This document shows positions 49,651-61,593 of a DNA stretch of 64,000 nt, one piece after another (position 1 is the stretch's first letter; the number at the start of each line of letters is the position of its first letter). Source of the stretch: Thalia democratica (lineage: Eukaryota); assembly GCA_965202585.1 (NCBI GenBank), contig OZ241830.1:77066001-77130000 (forward strand). Reading direction: 5' to 3'. The notes beneath the pieces were generated by a model that saw nothing but the letters and a program-made list of their open reading frames with translations, did not search any database and was not told the origin of the DNA. Position numbers and translations under genes: made by a program.

Positions 49651-52248
49651 GAAAAATCTTTTGAACCTCTGTAAAATTTATAAACTTCTAGGTTTTTTCA
49701 AAGGTCTAAGTTGTAACTTTTGCTTTCTCCTACATCTTAAGATTAGGCAATGGATCACACATTTTTGGATTCTGATTGGATGATGAGTACCTACTACTGC
49801 AGCTGTTGAGGTTAGTTTGTTTAATAGTTTATTAGATTGTTTTAATTTGTGCAAAACTTAGTATTTTTGCTAGGGTTACCAGTAATACTAGTTGAATATT
49901 CAGTAACAAAGTTAAGGTTTTTTGGATATTTACAATAAATCTTGATATTTGTCTTTAAGTTTTAGAATTTCTATTTATTAATTGTTAAGTCCTTTGTTAC
50001 TATCAAATTTTTTGAGTTCTCATGCTTAAATAACATGTTAATTAAGTTTTGCACAAATTCAGACTAGTTCTTTCTATTCATAGAGTTGATACCATAAACA
50101 TATATTTGTTTTGTTGGGCTTCATTCTCCTAAGATTACTACCTTAAATTAGGAGAAAACTTAAATAATACTCAAAAATAAATAAAATCACTTAAAAGTAG
50201 CAACATTTGTGCTAAACTTTATAAGCTTGTATAAAGAAGTTTTGTATTCATGAATGAAGCCCAAAGAGACAGCAAGCTAATCTAAGTGTAGAAGTTTATT
50301 TACAACATAAAAATTAAGTTCTGATTGTATTAATGTAGTTCATAAATTTATAAATTAATGATTTGTAATAAGAGTTACTTAAAGTGTGCATAAAAGATAA
50401 GTAGGAAGAGTAATTATAAAACAAAATTGTTATTAGTTCCAAAACTGTTTTAGTTGTTATAAAGTTTTATTTGTTTACTCATTTTTTTACAAAAGAAAAC
50501 AGTTAAACCATATCAGGATTAGGTTTGCTAGTAAACAAAATGTTCCAAAACTTTAAATTTACACTCATATATTTACAAAGCACTTCACAGCAAGCAAAAT
50601 TTAAAGGTTGTTAGTGTATATTTGTATGAGGTTTATTCTCACCTTTGTTTAATTTTTCTCTTCTTCTATCACTAACTTCTTTCATCTATCAATAATTTCT
50701 TTTGTTCATATTTTTGCACTAATAAGCATTTATCAACAACTTGCTGTATTGTGTTTTATGTATATGACAAATGTAAAGACTCAATTTTGGTAATAGTATA
50801 GATATACAGCCATAAAGATTTCAAATGATCCAATTATTTGACCTACTTTTAAATGAGCTACAGGCTAATAAACATATGTTATTGACACAAAGTAGTATGG
50901 TTTAACTGTTTTAGTTTGTAACAATGTATTGAAATGATAAGTTCAAATTTAATTTGTATGAACACTTTAAGAAACACACAATAAGTTGTCTGAGATCAGT
51001 GATTAAACAAAGCAATTAAGTAAGTCTATTAGTGAATATTTAAAGTAAATTAAAGTATACTAGTTAATAAGTAGTGATGGTAGTAACCTTTGTATTTATT
51101 AGATAGCTAAATAATTACTTTATAATGAGACCAATTTAACTATCATGGATAAACTTTAGCTTAACAAGTTACATGACAAGTAAAGTGATATCCTTTAGTA
51201 GGAACAGTATAAAACTGAAGTTAAACAAGAATATAAACAATTTTAAAGTTTTATTTGACAAAAATATAGTTACTACTAGAATTAAAGTAATTTTAACTGT
51301 TTAGATGAATCTCAAGTGGTTTTTTATTTTTGATTAATTTAAGTTTTATACTGTTTTTAAAAGGTTATCTAAGTAAAATAAATTTACATAAGCAAGTTAA
51401 CTGACTATTGTTTGAGCATACATAAGAAAACAGTTCAATCATATAAATAGATTTGTCAATGTACACATTTAAAAAGTCTGTAGTTTCTTTCTTTTAATAT
51501 TTGCTTTATTTTCTGTCATTAAAAAGTACACCTACCTATGAGGTTGATGAACTGTTTTCCATGTATATGTAAAACATTAGGTACTTAACCAGGATGATGT
51601 AGTATCTGTACTCGTTTGTTTTTGGGTTTTAACCCTAACTTAAACATGTAATTTTAACAAAATAAAGGCATCTATAAGGTACGCATTCTAAGTATTACGC
51701 ACTAGTTATTTAATAACACTTCTCTGTTATAAGTAAAGATTTTCTTTAAGTACTACGCACCCGCATAAGGTACGAACTAAATTTTTAATAACACATTATT
51801 TGCATTAATTAAATAGCTTTTCTAAAATAAGGTACGCACTAAATTTTTCAGGCCCCCACCCATATTTTCAAAAATGGGGATTCCCCCAAACCGAAAATGT
51901 GATGAGATTTTTTTGATGGATATCATTAAAACTTATTTTTTAAGGCATTTCGCCGGCTCCGCCGGCGAAAAATTTTTCACATTTTTTCTTTTCTCTTTCA
52001 CTTCACGGCCTTTTTTCTTGAAGGCCACCTTTTTCTGTCAAATGGACCGTGAGTAGCGTAACTGTCAAACAAATATGCGTTGTATTTGTACGGTCTTTAT
52101 CTGTTATCTTTTACTAACCTTGAGCTTATATGATCTAACTCATTGATGTGAAACCATTAAAGGCCTGACGGTAATATCAGTTATAGTTTATTAATTATTG
52201 ACTGAGTGGTTTTGTATTAATGAGTTTGAAAAGTAAGTTTTAGGTAGC

Positions 52249-52353
52249 GGACAAGAATTAAAAAAAAACAAAGGGCTACGGCCGGTCGATGACACGGTGC
52301 TTCGCACCTGTCATCTCTCCGGCCTGCCCTTAGTTTTTTTTTAATTCTTGTCC
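52249..52353. other. 105-nt GC-rich imperfect hairpin; right arm and flank repeated at 52477-52560
   Basis: ggacaagaattaaaaaaaaac-aaagggc..ggccgg..gatgac..ggtgc-TTC-gcacc..gtcatc..ccggcc..gccctt..-gtttttttttaattcttgtcc. Confidence 0.8.
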
Positions 52354-53338
52354 TTTAGGCCCGGTTACTATGCTGGTCGGCACCTAATTAGTTTTTTGTT
52401 TGATGTACGAGTAGTTACGCACGTTCTTATAGTATGTTATTTTTCGCTTAACATATAGTTTTATATAGATGTAAGTGGCCTGACCTTAGTTTTTTTTAAT
52501 TCTTGTCCTTGGCTACTACGCTGGTCGGCACCTTTATTAGCTATGACTTGGATGTACAAGTAAATGTGCTCGTACTTCTAAGTGCAACTAAATTGATTTA
52601 TCTAGAAGTTAAGTTATAAGATATGAAAAACTAACTTGACAGCTGTAATTTACTCATGGGCAATTTGTTTTGATTTTATGGTACTTCTACATAAACTATT
52701 TTCTTCTTAATTTGTCCACATATGATTAGAGATTTTTACAAATCATTTGCGTTTATTATACCTTTTCTGCTTTTTTCCACATTAAATCCGTGAATTTTGT
52801 TAAATTTCATTTATTTCAAGTTTTTATTATTGTTGCGTCATAATGAGATAGTCTCTTTTTTTTAATAACTTATTATGTTTTTGCTTCTTATGTAAAATAC
52901 ATGCAAGTTATATTTATAAATTTATTTTAAAGCAAACTTTCTAATAATGGAAGAATATCATCAATTGTATCAAGCTTTACTAGTTTTTTTTATGTTTTAG
53001 TCTGTTGTAGTTGCCTTGTTTGTTATTTATTGGTTGTTAATGCTTGCAGGGACCACTTACATATGCATAATAAGTAATGGATAATATGTTTTTTTAATAA
53101 AATTCTTGTATCTAAGCATATATGGTAAGCAACTAGTAACATTTAATTGCCTGGTCTCGTTTGATTTAGTTCAAACGAGAGAAACATTGTTTCGTTATTA
53201 AAGTTTAAAATATTGAATTGATTATTCTCCTTATTATTTAGTCAAAAACTTTCATTGTGATCTATAAAGTAAAAAGTACACAATACTTCAATGATACTAA
53301 TAACTACTTTTTATGTTTATTGTAAAATTTAGATCATT

Positions 53339-53630
53339 CAGGGTTGCCAAAAAACCTAGAACTTGTGAAATTTTGAAAAAACCTTGAACTTTAAACAACT
53401 TTTACATGTTAAGTAGTAGAATCTTGGTTTGACGCGAATAATCTATCAAATGTATAAATACTTTTTGTCATCATATTTTTTTTATTTAAAAATACATTTA
53501 AAGTAGCTTCATAGTAATGTTGTTATGCTGTTTAACACAGTTTTTTTTACCTTAAACTTAACTTTTAACTAAATATAGAACAATGAACGTGTAATTTGAA
53601 AAACCTAGAAGAAACCCAGGGGCAACCCTG
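53339..53630. mobile_element. MITE, CAGGGTTGCC-ended family
   Basis: cagggttgcc ... ggcaaccctg; flanks atcatt/atcata (5/6). Confidence 0.8.
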
Positions 53631-55129
53631 ATCATAAATCTTGTTTTTATCAATTTCGATATCAAACAATCATTTTGTTTGTTTTCCTACTATTTTATTT
53701 TGATAGAGCAGTGTTTCTTACTTAAACAGTTTTATTCATGTAATACTAAACTTAAATTAAACAAATATTCAAACTACAACCAACTCTTATGATTTTATCA
53801 TTAATTATCATCTTGTTGCGCTAGTTTATACTGTTGTATTTATTGCATTGAAAAATATTTATTTCACTCGAAATTCAATGAGATTAAAAGTAAAGTTACC
53901 ATTTTTTAAGTATATGTATTTTTGAGTTGAATCCAAAAATCCGTAAATTTTTTTAAACTAGATATGTGACAACCCTGTATATATTTACACTATAAAACTG
54001 TCTCAACCTCAACTTAAAATGGCGAATTGATAAACTGGTTACCAGCTTTAAATAATATTTTTAAACCGAACAGAGTTACACCAATTAAGTAACTGTTTTA
54101 TTTTTGAGGTCTTGTTTATAATTTTTTAAGAATAGTTTTTGAAGTAGCAAAGTCTTTGTATACAAGAATGAAAATATCTTTAAATTTGAATGTTTGTAAT
54201 GCGTGAACATTTAATTTAAAGATTTTGTATTTTCTTACTGATTTAATCTATGTAAACACAAGGGTACCATTGTCTCAAAACTGTAGATTACGCTTGGGCT
54301 TTATGTAGCCCAACTAACTCGTTTCTACTATTTCTTTAGTTAGTTTACTAATATTATTCTCATTTTTTATTGAACTTTTAAGTCGTTTTAAAAGGTTAAT
54401 TTTGGTAGAATTTTTCAAGGTAAGTAGTGTATATTTATCTATATATTTAAAAGATTAAACTGTTTCCTCTAAGTAATAATTACAGTTCAAATATACATCC
54501 CACTTAGAGGCTTTAAAAGTTTAAAGTTTTTGTTTAAAGTTGTTTTTCAGCTGTATTTTATGTTGTGCAATTTAAACCAAACTTTTGGTCTACAAGGTTG
54601 TGTAAACCATACATAATGTTTGCTAATGTCTTATCTAAGCACAAACTTGCTGTTTAGTAATTTAAAAGAATTTAATTCCCTAGTTCGTATTTTTTAAAGC
54701 GCATCTACTTAATATAAGTATTTTCTTGCTAAGCCATAACACTGTTCTTATTTCAAATAACAAAGGCATTTTACTTACGTAAAATGAATAATACAGGTAC
54801 GCTTGGGCCTTATGTTATATACGTAAAAATGTGTGATATTTGTTTCTCAAGTATTGTATTACCAATAATAAATACTTAAGACCTTAATCTTTAAATTTAG
54901 ATCATCAGTTTGGTTTTAATTGTCTAGTTAAGCACTTAATAATTTGCTAATTATCACTAGTTCACCCTTTTATTAACTTATATTTCTACATTAATTTTGT
55001 TTATTTTATACTTATCACTTTGTTGATCAGTATTTCTTAAGTAAACAATTAAGTATGCATCCAGTTTTAATCAATACCTTACTGGGCTTAAAATAAATTT
55101 ATACTAAAATTACTTTCAATTCTTTTTAC

Positions 55130-56150
55130 TTGATCTTTATCATCTTGTTGCGCTGTTTAATGTGGTTATTTCCAATTTTATGTCCAATTTTATTTCCAAT
55201 TATTAAAATAAACGGTCCTAAACAAAAAAATCAATTAAAATATAATGAGTCTGAAATAAATACTGGCAAAGTTATAAAACTAAGCCAATCAAGTAACCAT
55301 TTCAATTTCGAGGTCGTATTTTTTTAGCTGTTTTAAGTGTCATTTGATTCTATAAGATTGCATAAATAATGGTCTTATTTTCTGTCAACTAATTTGCAAA
55401 TTTCCTTAGTTTAACATGTTTTAAAGCTCGTCTACGTGGTTTAAACTTTTTTGAACATTTATTTTTTTCAAATCTGTATATAAAGAAAGGTTAGAAAACG
55501 GTGAAGTGGATTTATTTAGCCTTATATTAATTAGTTTTAATTTATTTATGGGTCAATCTAAGTCTTACCAAACAAAAACGGATCATGTTTTAGTTAATGT
55601 TTTATTGTTATTACTGTAGAATTACTTGAAAGTTTGTTTAAAAATAAATGGTTTTTCATGAGTTTGTTCTAAAGTTGGTTTATAAGTCTAATTCGTTATT
55701 ATATTCTAAATTTATTTTTTCTTGATTTAGTTCTACTTCGATAAATTTTGGTTTAAAAAAGAGTTTTGTGTTATAAAGTTTGTTTTACTCATGGTTTAGA
55801 TGTATTTTTAGTTTAGTAATACCTCATTGTTTTGTTGATGTTACTGTAAAATAACTTAACAATTTAAATACCAAGGTTTACTTAAAAAATTTTCCACGGG
55901 TTCTCTTTAGTTAATAATGTTCGTAAATAGTTTTAGTTCTTTTAAGTGCAAGTATATAAGCATTTTCTTTTAAGCCAAAATAATTTTCAATCAAGTTCAA
56001 TAATAAACGTCTTAGTTTGTCCACATAAAATAGTTTGCATTTTTTAAGCAACGAAATATCTTTTTTTATCCATTAAGGTCAGGTGTTTTAGTTGAAATTT
56101 ATTTAGTCTTATCACACACTATTATTACGTCATCATATAGCCTCATTAAG
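55130..56150 (-). pseudogene. Heavily decayed non-LTR retrotransposon RT remnant (possibly L1/Tx1-like)
   Basis: Stop-riddled minus-strand fragments in RT order (TPDLNG; QKSLNHVDEL; LGPFIL..NNHIK). The similarity is weak. Confidence 0.3.
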
Positions 56151-56669
56151 TATGGTATTTTTCTCTAAATTTTAATAACATATGCTTTAAAATGTCAAGA
56201 TGTATTGATGAAGAGCTTCTTTTAATGTTTTATCATTCACGTTCTAGTTCTTTTCTTAGTTATTGCATTGTTATTCGTATGTTAATTATTACACTTGTTT
56301 TTGTTTATTATTAATGATCTGTAGAACTACTTGGTTGGTTTGATTTTGGATGCAATTAAACATTAGATTATTAGAAATCTATGCGTGTGTTTATACTTAA
56401 TTTAAGTGAAGCAGTTGTTTACGGATTCAATACTGTTTTCCTTTAATTTCACTTCATAACTACAAATAATCCTGCTTTGAACTACCTTATCTACTTAGAC
56501 TATTTACTCTACATCTAATTTTACTAAAAAAGTCTGTTTATTACCAATATAAAATTCAATTGAATCTTTAAATCTAGTTTTTAAATGTCTGCATCATACT
56601 TCTTTAAACGAATTCCTTACCTTACAAAGTATTCACTAAAGATTTTAGTTTTAAATGAACCAACTTTTA

Positions 56670-58787
56670 GTCTTTTTTGTACCAGTCTATTATATTGAAT
56701 ACTCTTTTAAGTTTTATTTTATAATTTCTGAGCTTTTTAGGTTTTCAATCTCGTTAAATATTTAAATCATATTTGTGACAAATCAGTTAGTTATTTGTTG
56801 TTCTGTTTGAAGATTTTTCTTCTTAATTTAATTTCTAATACAACTAATTACTGCCATCATTTAATTAGCAAATCTTAAAAGTACAAAAGTAACATACAAA
56901 GATCATATTTATACTGTGGTTTTTAGTATTATAAGATGGATATTTAATACAAATTATGTATATTTGTATTAAATAATCCATATATTATACTCTAAGTCAA
57001 GTTCAACAAATTTATGAAACTAATTCAGAGTGACATTCTTGTTTTATGTTGTTGCCATGGTTTTCTTGAACTAATCTTGTTTGTTCGTTGTATCGTCAGC
57101 TGTTAAAATTCCATGTCTAAAACATTGTTAATTTGTCATTATTAAAAACACTTTGAATTAGTTTTTTGTCTAAAATAAAACAAAGCAACTTCAAATATAC
57201 CATTTAAGGACTTTTATAGCTTTTTTACTTAGTTTTTACTTTTCTAAAGCTAAGTCGTATTACTGTCATCAGCTGAAATTGCTTTATTTTTTGCTTTATT
57301 TGAACCTTATTATTTAAGAAAAGTTGTATTTATTTCCAGTACTTATTAAAGTTGTATTTATTATTAATAATCGTAGAATATTGTGAATAAATGTAAAATT
57401 AATTTAAAGCCATTTAGTTTCTATAACTGTAGTTGTACTACACCTGATGAGCGTGTAACTCAACAGTTTGTATTTTTATTGATTTTATTTACCTATTCAT
57501 AATCATATTAAATTTTCTTGGTTTATACAAGGTTAAGAGTCATTTTTGAGTATTAAACTATAATTTCATATATTTAAGTAAACTATAACTTTAGCTGTTA
57601 GAAAGCGTTTCAAAATTATGAATCACCGTTAAAAAACATTTTTAAATCAATATATTGACTTAAGATAGAAGTTTATAAATGATTACAATATTCTTTAAGA
57701 GTTTGTTTAATAGACTGACCTTCTATTCAATTTATCTTAATTCTTATTTTAATCGGTTGATATTTATTCAGTTTAAAAGTAAGTAGTAAGGGTTAATTCA
57801 TGTTTATTTTCTATGTTTAAACTTTTATGGTTTGTAGTCTAAAGTTTAAATAAGACATCATGTTGTAATGTTCGTAAATTATTAAACTGTCCATGTTATT
57901 AGTTATTTTAATTCAAATTTTTCCTTTAAACTTTACCAAAGTCTTTTACATGTTCTTACTCTTTGAAATGACGTAACAATCAAAATATCTGATTTGAAAT
58001 TTTCTTATTTTCATTTGTAATGTTAAAACATTATCAGTCCTTTTTTTTTTTTTTCCAATAAACTGTTTTGATTCTATCTTTAAAATGAGTAAACATTTTA
58101 GTAAACATTTTAAATGTGCAGTTAGTTTTGTTCTTACCTTTGTTTTATTTTTATTTGCATTCATTATTATTGGGTTATTACAGGTTTTATTGTATGGTTT
58201 TGAAAACTTTAAGTCTTGTGTTAACAATATATCAATTGTTGTCGAAGATACGTTGTACATTAAGCTTGAGTTAATTTTTTGTACATCTTAAAGCCATTTT
58301 TAATCTTTTTTGTACCAGTCCATGATTTTAATTACTCTTAAGTTTGAATTTAAATTCTGAAATTAATTAATATTCTGAGTTTTATTCTTAGTTTTCAACC
58401 TCATTAAATATTGAGGTCATACCTGTGATAAATCAGTATTTAGTTTGTTGTGCTTTCTAAAGATTTTTGTTTTTAAATTGTTTTCTAAGTTTTCAATATA
58501 TTTAATTACTACCATCATATAATGAGCAAATGTTAAAAGTACAAAAGTAACATACAAAGTTTCATATTTATACTGTGGTTTTTAGTATTATAAGATGGAT
58601 ATTTACTACAAATTATGTATATTTGTATTAAATAATCCATATATTATACTCTAAATCAAGTTCAACAAATTTATGGAACTAATTCAGAGTGACATTCTTG
58701 TTTTATGTTGTTGCCATGGTTTTCTTGAACTAATCTTGTTTGTTCGTTGTATCGTCGCCTGTTAAAATTCCATGTCTAAAACATTAT
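56670..58787. repeat. Direct repeat pair 56670-57127 / 58300-58787
   Basis: 3' ~250 bp nearly identical (aaaagtacaaaagtaacatacaaag...ccatgtctaaaacatt); 5' ~200 bp only loosely similar. Confidence 0.8.
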
Positions 58788-58984
58788 TTTTTGTGTTATT
58801 TAGTTGTTGCATTGGTTTTTTGCCCTAAAGTATACCAAGTTTAAATACACTATTTAAGGGAGTTTTTAACCGTTCAGATTTCAGTTTACTTTGTGTTTGC
58901 TAAAAAGTTTAATTTCATCAGCTAAGTAATTTTTTAAAGTCAGTATAAACGTTGTATTTGTATTAGATTCATTAGAATTGCTAA

Positions 58985-60732
58985 AAGCACATTTTTTTGA
59001 TGCAAAATATACTAATCATTATAAATATAAAGTTTAACTTAGACCTCAAGTTAGACAAACTATGAGAAGCTCAACAATCAAACACCACGAAAAAATATAC
59101 TTGAAATTTAATTGAAATTTAATTTAAATTACAAACGAGGTTCATTAAAATTGCTTTATGCAAATTTTTGCGATAAAAACATACTAATCATTACAAATAT
59201 AAAGTTTAATTAAGACCTCAAGTTAAACGAAATATGAGATTCTCCATAATCGAGTATCACGAAATATACTTGAAATTCAAATTAAATTACAAACGAGATT
59301 CATTAAAACTACTTTAACCGCATTTTTTTTAATAAAAATATACTATTCATTAAAAATATAAAGTTTAATTTAGACCTCAAGTTAAACGAATTACGAGAAG
59401 CTGAAACAGTCAAACATCACAAAATATATACTTGAAATTTAAATTAAATTACAAACGAGGTTCATTCAAATTGTTTTAAGCACAATTTCTTGATAGAAAT
59501 ATACTATTCATTAAAAATATAAAGTTTAATTTAGACCTCAAGTTAAACGAATTACGAGAAGCTGAAACAGTCAAACATCACAAAATATATACTTGAAATT
59601 TAAATTAAATTACAAACGAGGTTCATTCAAATTGTTTTAAGCACAATTTCTTGATAGAAATATACTATTCATTAAAAATATAAAGTTTAATTTAGACCTC
59701 AAATTAAACGAATTACGAGAAGCTGAAACAGTCAAACATCACAAAATATATACTTGAAATTTAAATTAAATTACAAACGAGATTAATCCAAATTGCTTCA
59801 AGCACATTTTTTAATAAAAATATGCTAATCATTATAAATATAAAGTTTAATTTTGACCTCAAGTTAAACAATTTACGAGATACCACATAATCAAGTATCA
59901 CAAAATATACTTGAAATTTAAATTAAATCTCAAACGAGATTCATTAAAATTGTTTTAAGCACAGTTTCTTGATACAAATAGAGTAATTATTATAAATATA
60001 AAGATTAATTTTGACCTCAAGTTAAACAATTTACGAAATACCCCATAATCAAGTGTCACAAAAAAAACTTGAAATTTAAATTAAATTACAAACGAGGTTC
60101 ATTCAAATTGTTTTAAGCACAATTTCTTGATAGAAATATACTAATCATTATAAGTTTAAAGTTTAATTTAGACCTCAAATTAAACGAATTACGAGAAGCT
60201 GAAACAGTCAAACATCACAAAATATATACATGAAATTTAAATTAAATTACAAACGAGGTTCATTCAAATTGTTTTAAGCACAATTTCTTGATAGAAATAT
60301 ACTAATCATTATAAGTTTAAAGTTTAATTTAGACCTCAAATTAAACGAATTACGAGAAGCTGAAACAGTCAAACATCACAAAATATATACTTGAAATTTA
60401 AATTAAATTACAAACGAGGTTCATTCAAATTGTTTTAAGCACAGTTTCTTGATAGAAATATACTAATCATTATAAGTTTACAGTTTAATTTAGACCTCAA
60501 ATTAAACGAATTACGAGAAGCTGAAACAGTCAAACATCACAAAATATATACTTGAAATTTAAATTAAATCTCAAACGAGATTCATTAAAATTGTTTTAAG
60601 CACAGTTTCTTGATACAAATATAGTAATTATTATAAATATAAAGTTTAATTTAGACCTCAAATTAAACGAATTACGAGAAGCTGAAACAGTCAAACATCA
60701 CAAAATATATACTTGAAATTTAAATTAAATTA
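58985..60732. repeat. Satellite array, ~161 bp unit x 11
   Basis: gacctcaa anchor at 59040, 59212, 59371, 59532, 59693, 59853, 60011, 60169, 60330, 60491, 60652. Confidence 0.95.
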
Positions 60733-61593
60733 AACCAGGATACAGTCAATGTCATGTCTAGGACAAAGGCCAGACAAAAGTGCATGAAATAAACTTTAAG
60801 CGTTTTGTGGACAGCTTATAAGCGGGAGATTGTTAAATTTCGGACAGTCGTATAACTTTAAATACTGACTTGCTATTTTGCTAAATTAAGCTTGGTTTTA
60901 AATAAACAACCCCAAGGTAGTGTTTAGCTAAAATCTTTTTTCTCGAGTAAAATGTAAAAGTTAAATGTAGGTAACAAAATTCCCAAAGTAAAATACATCG
61001 CCCCTTTAGTCAACTGTTTGGGTATTTTCGGCTGTTAGGAGGCAATAAGTTGCGAAAAGTAAACAGTTAATTGACTGGAAAAGTGGTAGTAGTTTTCAAA
61101 ATTGTGCAAAGGGAGCGATTCTAAAAACGAGTTTGAAAAAATATGCTTAAAACAAGATTTGGATACAGGAATTTGATTGGTTCATATGATTGTATCATTT
61201 ATTATACGGTCTAGTACACTACAGACTGGAACTATGTTTGTTTACTTTTTTTTAAAGCACTAAGAACATCTTTAACTTGATGAAATGTAGATCAATAGAA
61301 ATTAGCATAACATTTTAAATAATATTAAGTTTAAAAGTTGTAACTTAGTATCAATTTTAAATCTACTTCTAAGAAAAAAATAAAAATAATTGTCAGTTAT
61401 TAACTTTATACACACATGCTGGTCAACAAACCATTCCAGGCTGGTTTAATTTTATTTGAAAACATTTGTACGATAAAATTCACATGTGAGTAAAACTAAG
61501 CGGTTAATAGAGTAAGTTCAAACGAATAAATCTGATTAAAACAGGTAGTCAGCCGGCAAAGAAACGCGCGGGAAAACTTCGCCCGAGAAACTT

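Noticed and set aside
58985-60732. CRISPR-like array
   Set aside because: Units are 161 bp and repeat end to end with no unique spacers; there are no cas genes and the context is eukaryotic.
545-61000. Many 60-105 aa hydrophobic or Lys-rich ORFs in the track (for example 545, 3104, 4929, 7217, 25927, 35603, 47225, 57946, 58085)
   Set aside because: Expected by chance in ~75% AT DNA with TTG/GTG starts; low complexity, often inside MITEs or introns, with no motifs.
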